From assembly GCA_047967505.1 (NCBI GenBank), contig CM106538.1: a stretch of 64,000 nt of DNA. The stretch is one strand, 5' to 3'. Source of the stretch: Dipteris shenzhenensis (Eukaryota). Both the position numbers and the translations under genes were made by a program. Position 1 is the stretch's first letter; every line of letters starts with the position of its first letter. Shown here piece after piece: positions 61,440 to 64,000 of the stretch. The notes beneath the pieces were generated by a model. The model was not told the DNA's origin and did no database searches. It was given only the letters and a program-made list of their open reading frames with translations.

Positions 61440-61662
61440 TCACCATGGCACAAAAGGCGAATGTGTTCGTCATCGTGAGGGGAGCTCACAAATGCCAAAA
61501 CCCACTATGGTGTGTATGAGGCCTATTTGACCAAGACCTACTATGGCACATATGAGGCCTACTTGACTTGGTCAAACAGGACTCATACGTACCATAGCGG
61601 GTTTTGGCATTTTTGAGCTCCTCGCACGATGCCAAACACATTTGCCTTCTGTGCCACGGTGA
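61440..61662. repeat. Long inverted repeat (~95-bp arms, ~30-nt spacer)
   Basis: TCACCATGGCACAAAAGGC...TTTGACCAAG pairs with CTTGGTCAAA...GCCTTCTGTGCCACGGTGA. Confidence 0.92.
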
Positions 61663-61843
61663 AAAAACATCATTTGACCACTCAAATTTACACTAAACTT
61701 GCATAAACTGATGGAAAGCATCACGTAACATGTATAATAACATGGGAATAGTAATAGAACATAAAAATATTTTTATTCATTGGCCTCAAAGGGCAGAGAT
61801 TTACAAAATGATTTAGGTTACACCAAATGAACCTAAACAACAT

Positions 61844-62960
61844 CTAGGGCCTAAGGGAGGGATCAGAGTGGATGCGCTTGGTGAGTGCACGGTCCTTGTC
61901 CATCACTGTTACTCTTTTCGCATGGATAGCACATAAGTTCATGTCTTTAAAAAGACCTACTGTCATCTACTCCATTGCCTCTTGAATTGCTCCCATAGCA
62001 CCTGAAGTGAAGCACACATCATCCTTCTAATGATGTGCTATTTCACGTACAACATGCTGGAAGGGTGCAAGAGGAATGAGATTGTCCATAGTGGTCCGGA
62101 ACTTGTGGATCTCTTGAAGTTCCTTCATGCCTGATTTTTTGCACCTTTTGATCTTTGGGGGACCTTGCACTAGCCTCTGGACATGGCCCCATGGCTGCTT
62201 GTTTGCTTTGAACTTCTTTCGCATCTCCTCCCTTGCAACTGCCTCTCCAGACTCCTCTTCCTATGTCTGGTGGGTCCTTTGAGGTGGCTTGTCATGCCTA
62301 GGGGTCTTCTTTGTCCTTGTCTCTTTTCCTTTTCATGAGGCTATGAGAGAGCAAAAGCTAAGGCTCTTGCTCAGCTCATACTAGAGGCTCCTCATATGTG
62401 ATAATATCGAGGCACAAAGGGTTGATGGTGCTCTTCCGTGCGGTCTACTTAGTTGGAGGATTAGGGCCAAGGTTCATTATATATGTGAGGCCACCAAATA
62501 CTTCCTCTTGTTGTGGCCCCTTTAATCTCTCCATCTCCTCTCTTTGCCTTTCTTGCTACCCTTGTTGATCTAGATGCTCCATGCCAGGACCCCACAAAGG
62601 AGGGAGGGGTAGTTGATCATGATTGATTGGACTATTTTGCCCCTCTTGGGAGACCTCTCTACTTCCACGGTTAGTTGTGTGGAAGGACTGAGAGGACCCC
62701 TGATTGTGCTTGGATCCTTCATCATGTTGGGATTCCTCATGGTGCTGAGATCCCTGGGATCCCCCATGAGAGTCGGATGGTGGAGACTCATGTTGCTTGG
62801 ACTCCTGATGATGAGAACTGCCTTCAGATCCCTATTGATCATTTCCCTCTTGGCCACTGGGGCTTGCAGTGTGTTCAAAGGCCATGGAGTTATGAGGAGG
62901 AGAGCGGGTAGCATCTAAACGGCGTCCAATGGGTCTAGCAGTTTGTTTAACTTGTGCCAT
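61844..62960 (-). pseudogene. Divergent histone-H3-like gene with a long N-terminal extension
   Basis: Starts MAQVKQTAR at 62960. In-frame 'TK*TARKST' at 62453-62427. C-terminal fold '[57 protein letters not shown]'. TATA-like element at ~63003-63010 (-). Intronless, with stops and one frameshift. Confidence 0.88.
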
Positions 62961-64000
62961 AGAAAGAGCATAGAAATGAGGGATTTTAGGGTTTTGAAGT
63001 GCTTTATATAGTCTTTTTTAAAGCACTTTAGGGTTTTTCTTTTAAATTAGGGTTTTTTGAGTGCACCCCCTCCCCCCCAGTCTTTTATCCCAATTCGGTA
63101 ATACTTAATCTTCACCACCCTCCCTCCCAACCCACTCACCCCTCTGCCCTGCCATGTCGCACATGCAATTCTATAATTTCCAAACAAATTTGTGAATTTT
63201 GGAATCTATAATTGACTCAAAATAGTGTTAACCTTATTCATCAAACATTTTACATTTGGGGCTCTCTTAGGACCCAACACTTCCCCTGTCTGACTCTATG
63301 TTGCAACCAAAGCACAACCCCTTGGCTCCCTATTGAGGACTTCTAAGTAGCACATCTCCTTGTCTTCTTGACATGTTGAAGCGCTTTTATGAGACCTCTA
63401 CCTTATCGCGATTGAGAATCCTGGCCTCTAGACATCTATAAAACTAGTTGAACATTTTGTGTACTGCATTGCTTTGCACAATACCACCCCTATGCCTTGT
63501 ATTCTTGAAGTATGCTGCCTTTGCTCTGTAGTGTGATTTCTCCATTCCTTGAGTATTCCAAATGGACAGAGGGCCCCATTACTCCACAAACCATGGTGCA
63601 TGTGCGTAAAGAATATGCTGTAAAGAAAAACATTGTATTAGAAACATAAACTGACTCAAGTTTAAAGCACAAAATTTCAATCTAACGAGGATTACCATAT
63701 AATGTGTAATATTTGACTCCCCCCATGCTTCTACCATCAAAGATATGAATTATCCCAACGCTGTCCTGAATCTCTCATAATAAAGCTCATCTATTTGACC
63801 TTGTCTAAGCAACTTTATAAATGCATCAAGCTTTGTCCATAGTTTTGCTCTCAAAGTAGCAATTCATGGATGTGAAGCTTGATTTGTAGTGCACTCACAC
63901 AAATCTTTTCAGTACTCCCAACCTAGGGTGCTTTGAGCTAATGTATGTTTTTCTTTATCAACATGGTGGTTGGACAAGAACCTCCTTGCCTTTCCTCCAC

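Noticed and set aside
61844-62960. CENH3 identity for the H3-like gene
   Set aside because: Loop 1 is canonical length, PFQ is retained and the tail has canonical H3 motifs. CENH3 usually differs in these.
46008-63290. Possible TIRs for the BAH/H3 cassette (TAGGGGAGAATTGGG at ~46010 vs CCCAACACTTCCCCTG at ~63273)
   Set aside because: The match is short and gapped, and no TSD is present. Insufficient evidence.

Overview
Eukaryotic, almost certainly land-plant, genomic DNA. Spliceosomal introns, a plastid-type ClpB and plant TE families support this; a non-seed plant such as a fern is plausible but not provable from sequence. The window is mostly nested transposons. The only recognisable host gene is the 3' part of a ClpB3-like chaperone pseudogene (11197-14432, -). 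Clear TEs: a complete non-autonomous CACTA (3328-7530, TSD ACA) inside a decayed DDE transposase element; a longer relative of it with a TnpD pseudogene (16415-22298); the 3' end of a second CACTA family; and a Tat-like Ty3/gypsy (49112-60584, 4-bp TSD, tRNA-Ala PBS, extra RNase H, integrase core deleted) containing a gag-only Copia (51768-54792). Two decayed cassettes with chromatin-type cargo are the most unusual content. Cassette 1 (~23.7-45.4 kb): a TNP1-like + Sola-like transposase gene, divergent from a gene for a ParB/DGQHR-like domain, a degenerate DNA-methyltransferase-like domain and three Ulp1-like proteases; between them lie a ~182-bp satellite and a G-rich island with a repeated 24-bp palindrome. 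Cassette 2 (~46-63 kb once the Gypsy is removed): a BAH-like gene, an unknown gene, a 220-bp hairpin, and a histone-H3-like gene with two H3-tail motifs. All domain calls are by-eye motif recognition and need HMM or structure confirmation.
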